From contig JAZULQ010000063.1 of assembly GCA_045603185.1 (NCBI GenBank), forward strand, positions 7,924-71,923: a DNA stretch of 64,000 nucleotides, in the 5' to 3' direction. Of this stretch, positions 19,884 to 29,957 are shown in pieces. The position numbers were made by a program, and so were the translations under genes. The DNA comes from Acutalibacteraceae bacterium (lineage in GTDB: Bacteria > Bacillota > Clostridia > Oscillospirales > Acutalibacteraceae). How positions within the stretch are numbered: the stretch's first letter is position 1; each line of letters begins with the position of its first letter. The notes beneath the pieces are model-generated. The model saw only the letters and a list, made by a program, of their open reading frames with translations, was not told where the DNA came from and did no database searches.

Positions 19884-22337
19884 ATGGGTGAAAATGCTTA
19901 TTTTGCCTTGGTAGCCGTCGAAGGCCTTGTGTATCATTTTGATTCACCTTATTCGTATGTTATCCCGCAGGAGCTTGAGAAAATCGCTGTTCCGGGGTGC
20001 AGGGTAATGGTGCCTTTCGGTAACGGCAATCGAAAAAAACAGGGACTTATATTGTCTGTGAAGCCACTTTTTGAGGCGGATGACAAGTTTAAACTTAAGT
20101 GTATTTCTTCGGTAATTGACGAAAAACCGTTGTTTACCGATGAGATGCTTGAGCTTGTTAGCTGGCTCAAAGAGAATACCTTTTGTACGCTTTTTGAAGC
20201 TGCAAAAGCAATGCTTCCGGCCGGTATAGGTCTCAACTACGTTATTTCCTATATGGCTGATAACGTTGATGAGTCAAGGCTTTCTAAGCTTTCAGAAGAT
20301 GAAAAACGTGTTTATGATTACCTTAAGGGTAATTCTAAATTTATAAAAAAAGAAAAGATTATAAGTGATTTAGGGCTTGAGGCTGATACACAGATATTAG
20401 ATAAGCTCCTGAAGCATAGCTTTCTTATAAATAACGTTGATGCTAAACGTAAGACAGGCGATTTAACCATAAAAAATGTCCGTCTTGCAATACCCGAAAA
20501 CGATGTTGAAGAAGTTTTGCCGACACTTACTGTAAAACAAAAGAGTGTTGCACGATTGTTGAGGGATATCGGCGGAGCATCGGTCAAGGAAGTCTGCTAT
20601 TTTACCGGTGTTACTCAGGCGGTTGTTTTAGCCCTTGAGAAAAAGGGAATGGTTGAACTTTTCGACAGTGAAATTTACCGAAAACCCAGATATGAGGCGG
20701 ATAGTAAGAGGACAACTTCTCCCGAGCTCACAAAGATACAGTACGATGCTTATACCGACTTGCTCTCTAAATACAGAAGCGGTAAAGGCTCAGCGTCACT
20801 TCTTTACGGTGTTACCGGAAGCGGAAAAACTCAGGTTTTCCTTAAACTTATTGAAGATGTAGTTGCCGACGGTAAAGGCGTTATTGTTATGGTTCCGGAA
20901 ATTGCATTAACTCCACAGACACTCGGTATTTTTTATTCCCATTTCGGTGACAGTGTTGCTGTTTTTCACAGTGCTCTTTCGGCTGGGGAACGAATCGACG
21001 AGTGGAAGCGCGTTAAGAACGGTGAAGCTAAAATTGCTATTGGTACTCGCTCTGCGGTATTTGCACCATTTTCCGATTTGGGTCTTATTGTAATGGACGA
21101 AGAACAGGAGCATACATATAAATCTGAGATGACACCGAGATATCACGCGCGGAATGTGGCAAGATTCAGATGTGCCCATCATAACGCTTTGCTTGTTCTC
21201 GCTTCTGCAACACCTTCAATCGAAACCTATACCAACGCAATGAACGGCAGATACGGGTTTGTCAAGCTTACCGAGCGTTATGGAAAAGCCGTTTTACCCG
21301 AAGTTGTTACTGTTGATGTTTCCGACACAAAGGGCGCAATAAGCAATGAACTCTACAATGCCTTGGAAGAGTGCCTTGACAACAACAAACAGGCTATACT
21401 TTTAATGAATCGTCGCGGGTTTAATACTTTTGCATCCTGCGGAGCTTGTAAGACGGTTTTAAGCTGTCCTAATTGTAGTATTTCTCTTACATACCATAGC
21501 GCAAACAGACGTCTTATGTGCCATTATTGCGGTCATTCTCAGGCATATACCGATGTTTGCCCCGAATGTGGAGAGAAGGCTGTTACTTATGCCGGCTTCG
21601 GTACTCAGCGTATTGAGGAAGAATTAGAGAACATCTTTCCCAATGCCCGGATTCTTCGTATGGATGCCGATACAACTATGGCGCGCTATTCCTATCAGGA
21701 TAAATTGACTGCCTTTGCAAAGGGCGAATACGATATCCTTCTCGGTACTCAGATGGTGGCTAAAGGACTTGACTTTCCGCGTGTTACGTTGGTAGGTATA
21801 ATCTCTATCGACCATCAGCTCTATAACGATGATTTCAGAAGCAGTGAAAAAGCCTTTGACCTTCTTACCCAGGTTATCGGTCGGTCGGGCAGAGGCGATT
21901 TTGAGGGAAAAGCGTATATACAGACTGTTCTTCCCGATAATGATATTATCGAGCTTTCTGCGGCTCAGGATTATGAGTCCTTTTATAAAACGGAGAATAT
22001 TATACGAAAAAGTATGTTTTATCCGCCGTATTGTGATATTTGTTCTATCACTTTTTCCAGCGAACAGTTTAATAAATCTTCGGATGGTGCTAAAACCTTT
22101 TTCAATATGTTGAAAAACGCCGTTACAGGGGAGTACAGTGATGTGAAAATCAATGTTCTCGGACCCATTCAACCGCGTATAAATAAAATAAGCAATAAAT
22201 ACAGAAACATTATCACTATAAAGTGTAAGAATAACAAGCGTTTCCGTCAAATGATGTCGGAGCTATTGGTGCAGTATATGCGCAGTACACAAAACAGCGG
22301 TGTTACTGCAGTTGTGGATATCAATCCGCTTGTATAA
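19884..22337 (+). CDS. priA: Primosomal protein N' (replication restart helicase)
   Basis: Walker A GVTGSGKTQV and DEEH box (VMDEEQEH). Zinc-binding cysteine cluster CGACKTVLSCPNCSISLTYH...CHYCG...CPECG. Confidence 0.93.
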   Translation: MGENAYFALVAVEGLVYHFDSPYSYVIPQELEKIAVPGCRVMVPFGNGNRKKQGLILSVKPLFEADDKFKLKCISSVIDEKPLFTDEMLELVSWLKENTFCTLFEAAKAMLPAGIGLNYVISYMADNVDESRLSKLSEDEKRVYDYLKGNSKFIKKEKIISDLGLEADTQILDKLLKHSFLINNVDAKRKTGDLTIKNVRLAIPENDVEEVLPTLTVKQKSVARLLRDIGGASVKEVCYFTGVTQAVVLALEKKGMVELFDSEIYRKPRYEADSKRTTSPELTKIQYDAYTDLLSKYRSGKGSASLLYGVTGSGKTQVFLKLIEDVVADGKGVIVMVPEIALTPQTLGIFYSHFGDSVAVFHSALSAGERIDEWKRVKNGEAKIAIGTRSAVFAPFSDLGLIVMDEEQEHTYKSEMTPRYHARNVARFRCAHHNALLVLASATPSIETYTNAMNGRYGFVKLTERYGKAVLPEVVTVDVSDTKGAISNELYNALEECLDNNKQAILLMNRRGFNTFASCGACKTVLSCPNCSISLTYHSANRRLMCHYCGHSQAYTDVCPECGEKAVTYAGFGTQRIEEELENIFPNARILRMDADTTMARYSYQDKLTAFAKGEYDILLGTQMVAKGLDFPRVTLVGIISIDHQLYNDDFRSSEKAFDLLTQVIGRSGRGDFEGKAYIQTVLPDNDIIELSAAQDYESFYKTENIIRKSMFYPPYCDICSITFSSEQFNKSSDGAKTFFNMLKNAVTGEYSDVKINVLGPIQPRINKISNKYRNIITIKCKNNKRFRQMMSELLVQYMRSTQNSGVTAVVDINPLV

Positions 22338-22349
22338 GGAGAAAATATA

Positions 22350-22829
22350 ATGGCAATAAGAAATATAAGAGTTGATGATGACCCCATTCTCAGAAAAACA
22401 TCAAGACCTGTAACAGAATTCAACGACAGACTTTTTGATTTGTTAGACGATATGAAGGAAACTTTATATAAGTCAGGCGGCGTTGGACTTGCAGCGCCTC
22501 AGGTCGGTGTTTTAAGACGTGTTGTAGTTATGGATGTCAGCGAGGACAGAAGTGACTATATTGAGCTTATAAACCCGGAAATCACCGATGTTGAAGGCTC
22601 GCAGACCGGCAATGAAGGTTGTCTTTCTCTTCCGGGTCTTTGCGGTGTGGTTACAAGACCAATGGTTGTTAAAGTAAAGGCTCAGAACAGAGAAGGTAAA
22701 TGGTGTCTTTACAAGGGCGAGGGCTTAAAAGCACGTTGCTTTTGTCACGAGCTTGACCATCTTGACGGCATTTTATATAAAGATAAACTTGATGAAGGCG
22801 AAGTTCTTTACAGAACAGACGATGAATAA
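22350..22829 (+). CDS. def: Peptide deformylase
   Basis: GVGLAAPQVG, EGCLS and HELDH motifs. Confidence 0.95.
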   Translation: MAIRNIRVDDDPILRKTSRPVTEFNDRLFDLLDDMKETLYKSGGVGLAAPQVGVLRRVVVMDVSEDRSDYIELINPEITDVEGSQTGNEGCLSLPGLCGVVTRPMVVKVKAQNREGKWCLYKGEGLKARCFCHELDHLDGILYKDKLDEGEVLYRTDDE

Positions 22830-22845
22830 ATTTTCGGAGTAAAAT

Positions 22846-23775
22846 ATGAGAATTGTTTATATGGGAACACCGGATTTTGCGGTAAACCCACTTAAAGCAT
22901 TAATAGAGAACAGTTACGAGGTTGTTGGTGTTTTTACCCAACCTGATAAACCTGTTGGCAGAAAAGCCGTTTTAACCCCGCCGCCGGTTAAGGTTGTTGC
23001 TATGGAGGCAGGTATTCCTGTTTTTCAGCCTAATACGTTAAAAAACGGTGAAGGCGTAAAAATTCTTGAAGAATTGAAACCTGATATTGCGGTTGTTGTA
23101 GCGTACGGTAAAATTTTACCCGCTGATTTCCTCGATTATCCTAAGTTCGGTTGTATCAATATCCACGGCTCAATTTTACCGAAATATCGCGGAGCGGCAC
23201 CGATTCAACGATGTGTTCTTGACGGCGAGGAGTATGCCGGTGTTACATCTATGCAAATGGATATAGGTCTTGATACAGGGGATATGTTGCTCGTTGAGAA
23301 GACCAAAATAGGTGAAAATGAAACATCCGGAGAGCTTTTTGACAGACTCGCGGTTATGGGTGCGGATTTACTTATAAAAACCCTTGAAGCCGTTGAGAAC
23401 GATGATTTATCTCCCATAAAGCAGGATGATTCAGAGAGTACGTACGCTTCTATGCTCGATAAGACAATGTCACCGGTAGACTGGACAAAATCGGCATCTG
23501 AAGTTCATAACCATATTCGCGGTCTTGACCCATGGCCCGTGGCGCAAACAGTTTTAGAGGGCAAGAATCTCAAACTCTTCCGTTCAGAGCTTAAGGATAT
23601 TGACGGTAACGGAAAACCCGGTGAGATGAAAGTTCTCAAAAACGGTTTGGCTGTTTTCTGCGGTGACGGAAAAGCAGTATTAATAAACGAAGTGCAGTAC
23701 GAAGGTAAAAAACGTATGAAAGCTGCTGATTTCTTCAGAGGACATCCCGTTGAGGACGGCACAATCCTCGGCTGA
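22846..23775 (+). CDS. fmt: Methionyl-tRNA formyltransferase
   Basis: MGTPDFAV N-terminus and HGSILPKYRGAAPIQ. It follows def. Confidence 0.93.
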   Translation: MRIVYMGTPDFAVNPLKALIENSYEVVGVFTQPDKPVGRKAVLTPPPVKVVAMEAGIPVFQPNTLKNGEGVKILEELKPDIAVVVAYGKILPADFLDYPKFGCINIHGSILPKYRGAAPIQRCVLDGEEYAGVTSMQMDIGLDTGDMLLVEKTKIGENETSGELFDRLAVMGADLLIKTLEAVENDDLSPIKQDDSESTYASMLDKTMSPVDWTKSASEVHNHIRGLDPWPVAQTVLEGKNLKLFRSELKDIDGNGKPGEMKVLKNGLAVFCGDGKAVLINEVQYEGKKRMKAADFFRGHPVEDGTILG

Positions 23776-23857
23776 TTAAAATATTGTTTAAATTTAGTTT
23801 TTCATTTTTTTAAAAATACGGTATAGAATAATATTAAAAGTATAACGGAGCGATATT

Positions 23858-24559
23858 ATGCCATATATGCCTTTTTATTATTTTGATTATTATTACATCT
23901 TATTTATTTTACCCGCTGTAATTGCGTCTTTGATAATTCAATTCAAATTAAAATCGACATATGCTAAATACTCGAAAATCGGTAATACAAGACGCATTAC
24001 CGGTGCCCAGGCCGCAAGTCTGGTGCTGAGTTATTACGGTATTAACGATGTTAATATTGTACAGATTCCGGGTAATATGACCGATAGCTATGACCCAAGA
24101 CAGAAAATAATACGCCTTTCGGAAGGTGTTTTTAACAGCTCGTCCATTGCGGCGGTAGGTATAGCTTGTCATGAAGCGGGGCACGCCGCACAACACGCGG
24201 AAAGCTATGCACCTATAAAAATCAGAAATATGATTCTCCCGGCTTGTAATATCGGTTCATACCTCTCTATTCCTTTACTCATTGCCGGTGTAATTTTAAC
24301 GTTTGAGCCTCTTGTTTGGATTGGTATAGGCTTTTTCGCTTTTACCGCCGTTTTCCAGCTTATTACATTGCCGGTTGAATTTAATGCAAGCAGACGCGCT
24401 ATCAATGTCATTGAGTCAAATAATTTACTCACTTTTGAGGAAAAAACAGGTGCTCAAAAGGTTTTGAGAATGGCGGCTATGACGTATGTTGCGGCTCTCG
24501 CAGTGAGCCTGGCTCAGCTTTTACGCCTTATATTCAGATTTACAGGGAGAAGACGTTAA
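23858..24559 (+). CDS. Putative neutral zinc metallopeptidase (Zn_peptidase_2-like membrane protein)
   Basis: HEAGHAAQH zinc motif flanked by TM helices. Confidence 0.7.
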   Translation: MPYMPFYYFDYYYILFILPAVIASLIIQFKLKSTYAKYSKIGNTRRITGAQAASLVLSYYGINDVNIVQIPGNMTDSYDPRQKIIRLSEGVFNSSSIAAVGIACHEAGHAAQHAESYAPIKIRNMILPACNIGSYLSIPLLIAGVILTFEPLVWIGIGFFAFTAVFQLITLPVEFNASRRAINVIESNNLLTFEEKTGAQKVLRMAAMTYVAALAVSLAQLLRLIFRFTGRRR

Positions 24560-25875
24560 TGAGTAAACCTGCCCGACAGATTGCTTTTGAAATTCTTTTG
24601 AAAATTGAAAAGGATAAGGCTTATTCAAACCTTGCTATTGACAGTGCTGTTAAGGCGTCTTGCCCCGACAGCACTGATTGTGCTTTTATTTCCCGACTCG
24701 TTTACGGTGTAATAGAACGAAAAATAACACTCGATTACATAATTTCAGGTTGTCTTCAGCAGCCTATAACCAAACTGAAAAAAGAAGTTCTTGTTATATT
24801 ACGTTTAGGTACGTATCAGCTTGTTTTTTCTGATAAAATTCCTGTTTCTGCTGCCGTAAACGAAAGTGTTAAACTCGCTAAAAACAATAAATGTGCTTTC
24901 GCCGCAGGCCTTGTAAACGCAGTTTTGAGACGTGTTTCGGAAAAAGGCTTTGAGCATCCCGATGATATGGATTCTGCACAGCGTATTTCCGTGCTCTGCT
25001 CAGCACCCATAGAACTTGTAAAATTTTTATCATATCACTATGGCGAACAAAACGCACAAGCTTTTCTTCAGTCTGCGTTAGAGCCTAAGAAGATTTTTAT
25101 CCGTGTTAATAATTGCAAAACGAGCGAAGATGAATTGAAAAAAATGCTCCTGGATGAGGGCGTAACTGTCAAACCAACAGTTGTTGAAGGTGCATTGGAA
25201 ATAAATGTAAATAAAGCCGTATATGAGCTTGAAGCGTATAAAAAGGGATTTTTTCACGTTGAGGATTTATCGTCACAGCTGTGTATTGCCGCCCTTGCGC
25301 CTTATGAAAACTGTACAGCTATTGATATATGTGCCGCACCGGGCGGTAAAAGCTTTACCATTGCGGAGTATATGAATAATAAGGGTGAACTTTTTTCTTG
25401 CGATATTTATGAATCAAGAACCGAACTAATTAAAGATGGCGCGCAAAGGCTTGGTCTTAGTTGTGTCAAAGCCTCGGTGAATGATGCTACAGTTTTTAAT
25501 CCCGATTTTCCTAAGGTAGACAGAGTTCTTTGTGACGTGCCTTGCTCGGGAATGGGGATTATAAGTAAAAAGCCTGAAATAAAGTATAAAAAGCTTGATG
25601 ATATTAAGGAGCTTTTGCCGATTCAGCGTAAGATTCTTGAAACATCTTCTGAGTACGTAAAAAGCGGTGGTAGATTGGTTTATTCTACCTGTTCAGTCAA
25701 TCCCAACGAAAACAGAAAAATTTGTGATGCCTTTTTAAAAGCACATCCGGATTTTGTTTCTGTTAAAGCTTTACCACATATAGAACGGACTGTTGATGAA
25801 GGGGATTATCTCACCCTGATGTTGCATAAAAATAACTGTGACGGCTTTTTTATAGCTGTATTTGACAGGAAGTAA
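24559..25875 (+). CDS. rsmB: 16S rRNA (cytosine967-C5)-methyltransferase
   Basis: NusB-like N-terminus, SAM site DICAAPGGKS, and catalytic cysteines in DVPCSG and YSTCS. Confidence 0.9.
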   Translation: MSKPARQIAFEILLKIEKDKAYSNLAIDSAVKASCPDSTDCAFISRLVYGVIERKITLDYIISGCLQQPITKLKKEVLVILRLGTYQLVFSDKIPVSAAVNESVKLAKNNKCAFAAGLVNAVLRRVSEKGFEHPDDMDSAQRISVLCSAPIELVKFLSYHYGEQNAQAFLQSALEPKKIFIRVNNCKTSEDELKKMLLDEGVTVKPTVVEGALEINVNKAVYELEAYKKGFFHVEDLSSQLCIAALAPYENCTAIDICAAPGGKSFTIAEYMNNKGELFSCDIYESRTELIKDGAQRLGLSCVKASVNDATVFNPDFPKVDRVLCDVPCSGMGIISKKPEIKYKKLDDIKELLPIQRKILETSSEYVKSGGRLVYSTCSVNPNENRKICDAFLKAHPDFVSVKALPHIERTVDEGDYLTLMLHKNNCDGFFIAVFDRK

Positions 25876-25881
25876 TGATTT

Positions 25882-26931
25882 ATGGTTAAAAAAGATATTG
25901 TTTCAATGAACTTTGATGAGCTTTCAAATGAACTCAAAGAAATGGGTTTACCAAAGTTCAGAGCGACACAGATTTACGATTGGTTACATAAAAAATGTGT
26001 TACCTCATTTTCGGAAATGTCCAATATTTCCAAGGATTTAATAAAGAAATTAGATGACATTTTTGTCATATTTTCTTGTACTATTGAAAAAAAGCTTGTT
26101 TCGCGGTATGATAGTACAGTGAAGTACCTTTTTTCATTGCCTGACGGCGAGTATCTTGAGTGCGTAGTAATGGACTATAAATACGGTCATACTATCTGCG
26201 TATCAACTCAGGTTGGGTGTAAAATGGGCTGTGCATTCTGCGCCTCCGGTATAGGTGGTTTTAAAAGACAGCTTACGCCCTCAGAAATTTTGAGCCAGAT
26301 TTATACTGCTCAGCGTGATTTATCATTGCGTATTTCCAGGATTGTTCTTATGGGGATGGGCGAGCCACTTGATAATTATGATAACGTTATGCGTTTTCTT
26401 GAGCTGGTCAGCGATGAACGCGGTCTCAATATCGGAATGAGGCATATTTCACTTTCAACAAGCGGTATTGTACCGCGTATATACGATTTACTTGATAAAC
26501 GGTTGCAGTTGACTCTGTCCGTGTCTTTGCATGCACCTAATAATGAAATTCGTTCAAAAATTATGCCGGTTAATAAAAGCTGGGATATAGATGAGCTTCT
26601 CGAAGCGTGTAAAGTATATGCCCAAACTACATCCAGGCGTATTTCATTTGAATACGCTATGATGAAGGGTATAAACGATACGCCTGAATGTGCGGAAGAA
26701 TTGGCAAAACGTCTTAAAGGCATACTTTGTCATGTCAATCTCATTCCCGCAAACGAGGTTCCGGAAAAGGGTCATGAACGTAGCAGTGATTCAAGTATAG
26801 TTCAGTTTAAATCAATACTCGAGAAGAACGGTATGGCGGTTACGGTTCGCCGTACGTTAGGTTCGGATATAAATGCGTCCTGCGGACAGCTCAGACGCGA
26901 AAAAATCAAAGAAGATAAAATCACACAATAA
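25882..26931 (+). CDS. rlmN: 23S rRNA/tRNA (adenine-C2)-methyltransferase, radical SAM
   Basis: CKMGCAFC radical SAM cluster, GMGEPL, and a C-terminal Cys in DINASCGQL. Confidence 0.93.
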   Translation: MVKKDIVSMNFDELSNELKEMGLPKFRATQIYDWLHKKCVTSFSEMSNISKDLIKKLDDIFVIFSCTIEKKLVSRYDSTVKYLFSLPDGEYLECVVMDYKYGHTICVSTQVGCKMGCAFCASGIGGFKRQLTPSEILSQIYTAQRDLSLRISRIVLMGMGEPLDNYDNVMRFLELVSDERGLNIGMRHISLSTSGIVPRIYDLLDKRLQLTLSVSLHAPNNEIRSKIMPVNKSWDIDELLEACKVYAQTTSRRISFEYAMMKGINDTPECAEELAKRLKGILCHVNLIPANEVPEKGHERSSDSSIVQFKSILEKNGMAVTVRRTLGSDINASCGQLRREKIKEDKITQ

Positions 26932-26947
26932 AGCGAGGTGAAACACC

Positions 26948-27685
26948 GTGAAAATATTAGCTAAAACAGATATAGGAATCCACAGGGAGTCAAATCAGGA
27001 TGCTTACGATGCAGGCGTCTTTGAAAACGGCGACGCTTGGGCTGTTGTGTGTGACGGTATGGGCGGTGTTTCAGGCGGTCAGATAGCAAGTGGTATTTGC
27101 GTAGAAAAGGTTTCGGAAGCGATAAAACGCGGTTACCGCGCTGATATGACTATTAAAACAGCTCAGAATCTTCTTAATTCAGCCATATGTGCCGCAAATT
27201 CATCGGTCTTCAGCGAAGCCGGTAAAAACAGAGAATACAGCGGTATGGGAACAACCGTTGTTGCGGTAATGGTTGTAAGGGGAATTGCTGTGATTGCTCA
27301 TGTCGGTGACAGCCGAGCATATATTTACGATGAGGCTGTATCATTTGTTACTAAAGACCATTCGCTTGTTCAGTTTATGGTGGATACCGGGAAAATTACA
27401 GCCGATGAAGCCAAAAATCACCCGGACAGAAACATTATTACAAGGGCAGTGGGTATTCTGAACTTTGTTGATGTTGAGTTCGATGTTGTTGATGTTGACA
27501 GTAGTAAATCAATTCTCATTTGCACCGACGGCTTGAACGGTTCGGTGGAAGATGACGAAATAATTGAAGTTATAAAAGAATCCGGTGATTGTTCAGCCGA
27601 AAAACTTGTTGAAACGGCGATAAAGTGCGGCAGTCGTGATAATATCACAGCTGTTTTACTTGTTGCTGACAGCCAAGGAGAGTAA
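26948..27685 (+). CDS. stp: PP2C-family Ser/Thr phosphatase
   Basis: NQDAY, VCDGMGG, GDSRAY and DNITAVL motifs. GTG start. It lies upstream of the PASTA kinase. Confidence 0.9.
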   Translation: MKILAKTDIGIHRESNQDAYDAGVFENGDAWAVVCDGMGGVSGGQIASGICVEKVSEAIKRGYRADMTIKTAQNLLNSAICAANSSVFSEAGKNREYSGMGTTVVAVMVVRGIAVIAHVGDSRAYIYDEAVSFVTKDHSLVQFMVDTGKITADEAKNHPDRNIITRAVGILNFVDVEFDVVDVDSSKSILICTDGLNGSVEDDEIIEVIKESGDCSAEKLVETAIKCGSRDNITAVLLVADSQGE

Positions 27686-27687
27686 GT

Positions 27688-29946
27688 ATGGAAAATTATG
27701 TAGGAAAAAGACTTGACGGAAGATACGAGATACAAGATGTTATCGGTGTCGGCGGTATGGCAGTTGTTTATAAAGCCTACGATAATATTGATGACAGAAT
27801 CGTTGCCGTAAAAATTCTCAAAGACGAATATCTTGCTAATGAAGAATTCCGTCGTCGTTTCAAAAATGAATCAAAGGCGATTGCGGTTTTGTCTCATAAA
27901 AATATCGTCAAGGTTTTTGACGTTAGTTTTGGTGACAGATTGCAGTATATCGTTATGGAATATATTGAGGGTATAACTCTTAAAGAGTACATTGAGGACC
28001 GTGGCGTTATTCAGTGGAAAGAGGCACTGTTCTTTGTGAATCAGATACTCAAGGCACTACAGCACGCTCACGACAAGGGCATTGTACATAGGGATGTTAA
28101 ACCTCAGAATATAATGCTGCTTGAAAACGGAACGATTAAAGTTGCTGACTTCGGTATAGCTCGTTTCAGCCATAGTGAAACAAAAACAATGACCGAAAAA
28201 GCAATCGGCTCGGTTCATTATATAAGCCCCGAACAAGCCAAAGGCGAATTAACCGACGAAAAAGCGGACATTTATTCCGTTGGTGTTCTTCTTTATGAAA
28301 TGCTGACAGGTAAACTTCCCTTTGATGCGGATAGTGCTGTTTCCGTTGCTCTTATGCAAGTGAATAAGGATGCAGTTCCGCCTCGCACCTTGAATCCCGG
28401 CATACCTGTCGGATTTGAGCAAATAACAATGAAAGCAATGCAGAAGAACTCACGTGACAGATATCAGTCTGCGGCAGAGTTCCTTCTTGATATTGAAGAA
28501 TTAAGGCAGAATCCCGATATCAAATTCGATTATAAAACATATTTTGTTGATGATGGTCCTACGGTGTTTGTGGATAAAATAGGCACGGATAATGGCAGTA
28601 CCCAGGTCATAAAAACTGTTCCGCCTTCATCATCTGCACGAATGAAGCTTGATGAAACAAATGTAAGAACCTTTGATGCGGTTCAGGATGTGCGACCCGC
28701 AAAACGCGTCAATACAAAAGTGATTGCTGTAATATCCGGTGTTGCACTCGCTTTGATTATTTTTATTTTCATACTCCTTGGCTCGATGCTGAAAAACGGC
28801 GATTTAATGCTCTTTTCCGGTAAGAAAGTTGAGGTTGATAACTTCATTGGTATGAATTATCTCGAAGAAATTAAGGACAACGAAGAGTTCAATAAGAAGT
28901 TTGACTTCGAGATTAAGGAGGCAGCATTTACCGACGGTAAAGAAGGTTGCGTATTTAAGCAAGACCCCGAAGCAGGTACTAAGGTTTATAAGGGTCATAC
29001 TATAAGACTTTATGTAGCTAAGTCCGGTGAAGGTCAGATTATATCTGATTATACCGGCAAGAATTACAAGGAAGCAAAGAATGAACTCGAGGCTCTGGGC
29101 TTTAAGGTTATTTTAGAGCCAGTGGTGGATGAGGATGTTCCCATAGGTAACGTAATCAGAACCGATCCCGAAGCTGATTCGAGTATTCTTGAAGGCTCTG
29201 ACGTTACAATTTATTATTCTGCTGATGAAAAATCCGGCAAGCTCTTTAAAATGCCTGACATTTCCGGTAAAACTTTAACTGAGGCAGAAGCCGTTTTGGA
29301 AAAATACGGTTTAGTGTTGCATAAGACAGAAGTTGTAGATTCTACCATTGAAAAAGACAGAGTAGTTATGCAGTCACCTGCGGAAGGTTCTCCGGTTCAG
29401 GAAGGCGACAGCGTTATTATTACCATTAGCTCAGGAAAGGTTGTTTTGAAGAAGAACATTGAACTTCCGAGTCGTGTGGGCGTAGTAAACGTGAAGCTGT
29501 ATGTTGACGAAAAATTAATTGCTGATAATTCCGTAGATACTGATGTTATAACCAAGTATTCTATTGAAATTAGTGGCGATAAACCTGCCTCAAGCGTTAA
29601 AGTGTATATTAACGATAATCTTTATTACGAGGCTACGGCAAACTTTACAAAAGAACCGGTATCACTTACCAAAGAGCGCGTATATAATATTTCATTTTAT
29701 ACGAATGTTATGGGGCTTGATTGGCGCACCGCTGAGTCAAGATTAAATAGTGCGGGTTATTATAATATATCTTTTGTTCAGGTGCCTTCTACCGAAAAGG
29801 TCGGTACAGTTCTTGGTCAGACACCGACACATAGCGATTATCCGAATCTTGATAAAAATTCTCAGATAGTTCTTTATATAGCGGCAGAGGAAACAACACA
29901 TACACCGCAACCGGATACGGAAAACGGTACGGATGTTATTGCATAG
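27688..29946 (+). CDS. prkC: Ser/Thr protein kinase with extracellular PASTA repeats
   Basis: Hanks kinase motifs (GVGGMAVVYKA, HRDVKPQN, DFGIA, SPEQ), one TM helix, then three clear PASTA repeats and additional C-terminal modules. Confidence 0.93.
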   Translation: MENYVGKRLDGRYEIQDVIGVGGMAVVYKAYDNIDDRIVAVKILKDEYLANEEFRRRFKNESKAIAVLSHKNIVKVFDVSFGDRLQYIVMEYIEGITLKEYIEDRGVIQWKEALFFVNQILKALQHAHDKGIVHRDVKPQNIMLLENGTIKVADFGIARFSHSETKTMTEKAIGSVHYISPEQAKGELTDEKADIYSVGVLLYEMLTGKLPFDADSAVSVALMQVNKDAVPPRTLNPGIPVGFEQITMKAMQKNSRDRYQSAAEFLLDIEELRQNPDIKFDYKTYFVDDGPTVFVDKIGTDNGSTQVIKTVPPSSSARMKLDETNVRTFDAVQDVRPAKRVNTKVIAVISGVALALIIFIFILLGSMLKNGDLMLFSGKKVEVDNFIGMNYLEEIKDNEEFNKKFDFEIKEAAFTDGKEGCVFKQDPEAGTKVYKGHTIRLYVAKSGEGQIISDYTGKNYKEAKNELEALGFKVILEPVVDEDVPIGNVIRTDPEADSSILEGSDVTIYYSADEKSGKLFKMPDISGKTLTEAEAVLEKYGLVLHKTEVVDSTIEKDRVVMQSPAEGSPVQEGDSVIITISSGKVVLKKNIELPSRVGVVNVKLYVDEKLIADNSVDTDVITKYSIEISGDKPASSVKVYINDNLYYEATANFTKEPVSLTKERVYNISFYTNVMGLDWRTAESRLNSAGYYNISFVQVPSTEKVGTVLGQTPTHSDYPNLDKNSQIVLYIAAEETTHTPQPDTENGTDVIA

Positions 29947-29957
29947 GAATATTACGA

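Noticed and set aside
21624-22250. 208-aa minus-strand ORF inside priA
   Set aside because: Antisense to priA with no motifs and no ribosome-binding site. It is likely a shadow ORF. The same reasoning applies to 19949-20236, 20318-20587 and 20907-21182.
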